In this document: in pieces, positions 60,969 to 64,000 of the stretch
Layout of the letters: every line of letters starts with the position of its first letter
Numbering within the stretch: position 1 is the first letter of the stretch
Translations under genes and position numbers: made by a program
The notes under the pieces: generated by a model
Database searches by the model: none
Told to the model about the DNA's origin: nothing
Seen by the model: the letters and a program-made list of their open reading frames with translations, nothing else
From: the human T2T-CHM13v2.0 reference genome, Homo sapiens
Reading direction: 5' to 3' (one strand)
Assembly: GCF_009914755.1 (NCBI RefSeq)
Contig: NC_060937.1
DNA: 64,000 nt

Positions 60969-61539
60969 TAGCACCTTGATTAGCACTGATCCTGCAGTGG
61001 CCTGCTTTCAGCTCATGCTGGCCTTGGTTTGTTTGCATCAGGACCCTTGGTTCTTCATCTTCTGACTGATGTCCTATCTCAGATGTCTTTCTCCAACCGA
61101 TCCTCCTCACCTCTCTGAAACATGAGTCTCTTCATCAATCGGAAGAAACTGCCAATTGTCTCCCAATATCTGTTCTCCACGTTATTCTTTTGTAGATCTT
61201 TAAATGCTTAGGCAGTCATATGGCCCAGGGTAATGACTCTATTTCCAGCATCTTCTAGGTCAATGTGGCCATGAGCTAAGTTCTGGATAATGGGACAAAC
61301 TGCTAAGAGCATTTTCCAAAACTGATCTGTTTCTGTTTGTGCACACACACACACACACACTCAGACACACCTGTGTACTCAGCTGGTCATAGTCTCTCTC
61401 AATTGTCACCTTCTCCATGAAGTGTTGCCAACTGTGTGCACGGAGAAATCATTGTTCTGTGCTTCCATACCCCCCTTCCCAATCGTGAATATGAGCTTGT
61501 CCCACCAGGTCACATCCATTATAATTGCAGGTGCATCTG

Positions 61540-61640
61540 TCTCTCCAGTTTGACTCTGGGCAGTCTCTTATTAATCTGCGTAATATCAGCACCCAGAGTT
61601 GTGTCTGGCACTTAGTAGGAGCTCAGAAATGCTTGCGGAG
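61540..61640. mobile_element. L2 3'-end remnant
   Basis: gtgtctggcacttagtaggagctcagaaatgcttg resembles the L2 tail gtgcctggcacatagtaggcgctcaataaatatttg. Confidence 0.6.
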
Positions 61641-64000
61641 GGAGGAATGCAGGGAAGGCAAGGGTTTCGAAACTGTGGTTTCGTCTTCTTATTAACAAAC
61701 TATATTTTTATCCACGTATTTCTCAGTTAAAGGAACGTGCCCATCACAGAGGCTAAGATCACTTATCCACAGTGATGTGGTGCCCCATCATCTCAGCATT
61801 GGTGTCAGTGGATGCTAAGATCCTTCTGTGAATCCGTAAGAGGAGTGGGCAGGCAGCACAAAAATGCCCAAAGGCACTCAATTGCATGTGAGGCCACATT
61901 TCTCAAACAAAATTACTCTGTAGGCTCCTGGTGCTGGCTTCACCTTGGGCTGAGGACAAATGGGTGCTATGGGGAAAGGAGATGACGCCAGGAGAACACA
62001 GATCTTTCAACCTGAAATCATGGGACTCCACAGGACATCACCTGACATCATCTTAGCCAGAGCGAAGCAAGCCGCAGGGCAGGCACACTTCAGGAGAATC
62101 TCGGAGTCAATGGCCAAGGTACCAAGGGGTCTCTCATCACAAAAGCCAGAAAAGAATCCAGATCAAAGCAAGGGAACATGTCTAAGGAGTAGGCAAAATT
62201 GGTTGATTCGGGTAAATTCAACTTTTATAAATCTGGTGATATGATCCTCTAGAATTTGTCAGATCCAAGGGGTGATTTTGAAAGAACTGTGGTTTCAGAC
62301 TATAAATGAATGCGACAGTCTTTAAGACAGAAATAATATTATAGCATGCTAATGTGGCAGGATCACAACTGACTTTCCTTCCAAGAGGGAGAACTTGGGA
62401 TTTGACCGGGAATTTTAAAAAGGAGCAATAACGCAGTAGGAGAGAGACAAAAAATGTCTTTGTGTCTGGGGGTGGTGGGGGGACTTAGGAGTGTTGATCT
62501 GTGAGAGCAAAGGAGAGCCACACGGGACAGACCTGGAGGTTGGGAAAGCGCACAGATTTTCCTGTGTTTTATGATACACTCAAATACACAGAGCAAAGTT
62601 TTCTAGAGATGCCTTTATTGACATTTTACTAAAGATCAAGAAAATGCCATTTACGCATATCCAGGAATATTATTTTTTAACTTTCCCCATAAATTCCATG
62701 AGTCCCTGCCTCCTGCTTGTCCTCCCACTGAAGGCCTCTTGCCATAGTGATGGAAGAAGGCAGAAAATAGGAGATGGTTGGAGAAAAGACCAATGTCATC
62801 GAGGAGGGAAACAAAAGACAATCTGGATATGTAATCAGCAGATTTAGAATTAAAACAGGGTTAGAAAATTCTCTCTCTCTGAAAGAGAGGACAGTTTAAT
62901 GGGGGTGTGGAATTGGTGGGGAGAGTTTGCACCATGCCTGGAGACTCTGGAGCAGACACACACACAGCTTTTGCGAGATGAAGACTTTTCCTGGGAAGGA
63001 CACGTTCACTTCTAGTAAAACACAGCACAGGCCATTTCCATGTAATATTTGGGACGGTAGCTGAATCTGGTGCCCACATGCACAAAACAAGACAGTATCT
63101 GGCCCCAACCATAGGGCTGAACCCAGCCTCTGGCATGTGGTGCAAGTCAACACCTGAACGAGTGCATCATTCAAAGAACCCTATCTCCTAAACAGCCCAG
63201 GCTCCAGAGATACAGGGAGGCCAAAGGCTTAGATAAATTCCGAGGGTTATGGGCTTATTTAGGAAGTTTGCATTTCAGCAACCCAATCGAGAGACTGCAA
63301 GGCAAGGCAGTGGCTAAAAATATTTGGATCATCAACCAAAATTTTAGAGGGAATTCTGTTAACTTTTGTTAAGAGAAACGAGGGCTTTCTGTGGAACATG
63401 TGGCTATGGAGAGGAAAAAGGGAGTAACTTTTTGCCCTTTTCCTAAGCCACACAGAGCCCCGTGAGCATTCATTGCCGCAGTGCCTCGTGCGCGTTCGGA
63501 GTATCTCAGTACAGTGATTTTTGTGCAGAAACTTCTTTGAATAATATTAGTTATCAGCCATATAAACATTGTTGAATTATCAGAATCCTGAATTTGTGGG
63601 GAAGACGTTTAAGACCCCAATTTTGGACCCTACGTGTGTATCCTCCTAACTGGAGCCCCCAGGTCTCAGGGAGAAGTCCCCAGAGGCTGGGAGGGTGTCA
63701 CTGTTGCCATCAGGGCTCAAATACTGACATTTAGGAACACATAAAGAATCCCTGTGAAACAGAAGGAACGGACCTAGGAAGATAGGGCCATTTGAGGAAC
63801 ATCAGTGTTCTCTAAGTATCTATTTGTGTGAACCAGCTCGCAGAAAGTGAGCGTTTCTGGTAGTCTTCAAAGAAGAAACGGGTGCTAACTTGTAAGCAGT
63901 TTAAGCCAAGTGACCAGAGCTTTAGGGGGTGCGGCGTTGCCTGAGGGGCAGGAGTGGCCAAAATCAGCATAAAACGTGCAAAGTGGGCTGTCATGTAATA

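Noticed and set aside
63460-64000. TFDP1 promoter or first exon
   Set aside because: Only scattered CpG clusters are visible, with no CpG island or exon inside the window. Proximity to TFDP1 rests on recalled gene order.

Overview
Primate genomic DNA, almost certainly human distal 13q34. Positions 1-31.1 kb hold the 3' half of TMCO3 on the + strand: six coding exons (1459-1576, 14942-15137, 20254-20404, 28197-28276, 29200-29349, 30322-30435), all GT-AG and phase-consistent. They encode the C-terminal CPA2/KefB-KefC-like cation/H+ antiporter membrane domain and are followed by a U-rich 3' UTR with several poly(A) signals. The rest is intergenic; from recalled gene order, TFDP1 should start just beyond the right edge. 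It contains about 24 Alus, several old L1 fragments (some nested), Tigger3b, MER2, MaLR LTRs and a dense set of GC-rich minisatellites. Nearly all long ORFs in the track come from VNTRs, Alu/L1 or low-complexity DNA. I found no new multi-gene system. The most interesting signals are: degenerate tandem copies of the last TMCO3 splice acceptor; three templated-insertion or fold-back scars within 2 kb; strong local AT-to-GC drift in L1 copies and polar VNTRs; a minisatellite born inside Tigger3b; candidate truncated TMCO3 isoforms; and a possible unannotated spliced transcript near 47.4-47.8 kb. Repeat boundaries and subfamily calls are by eye and approximate.
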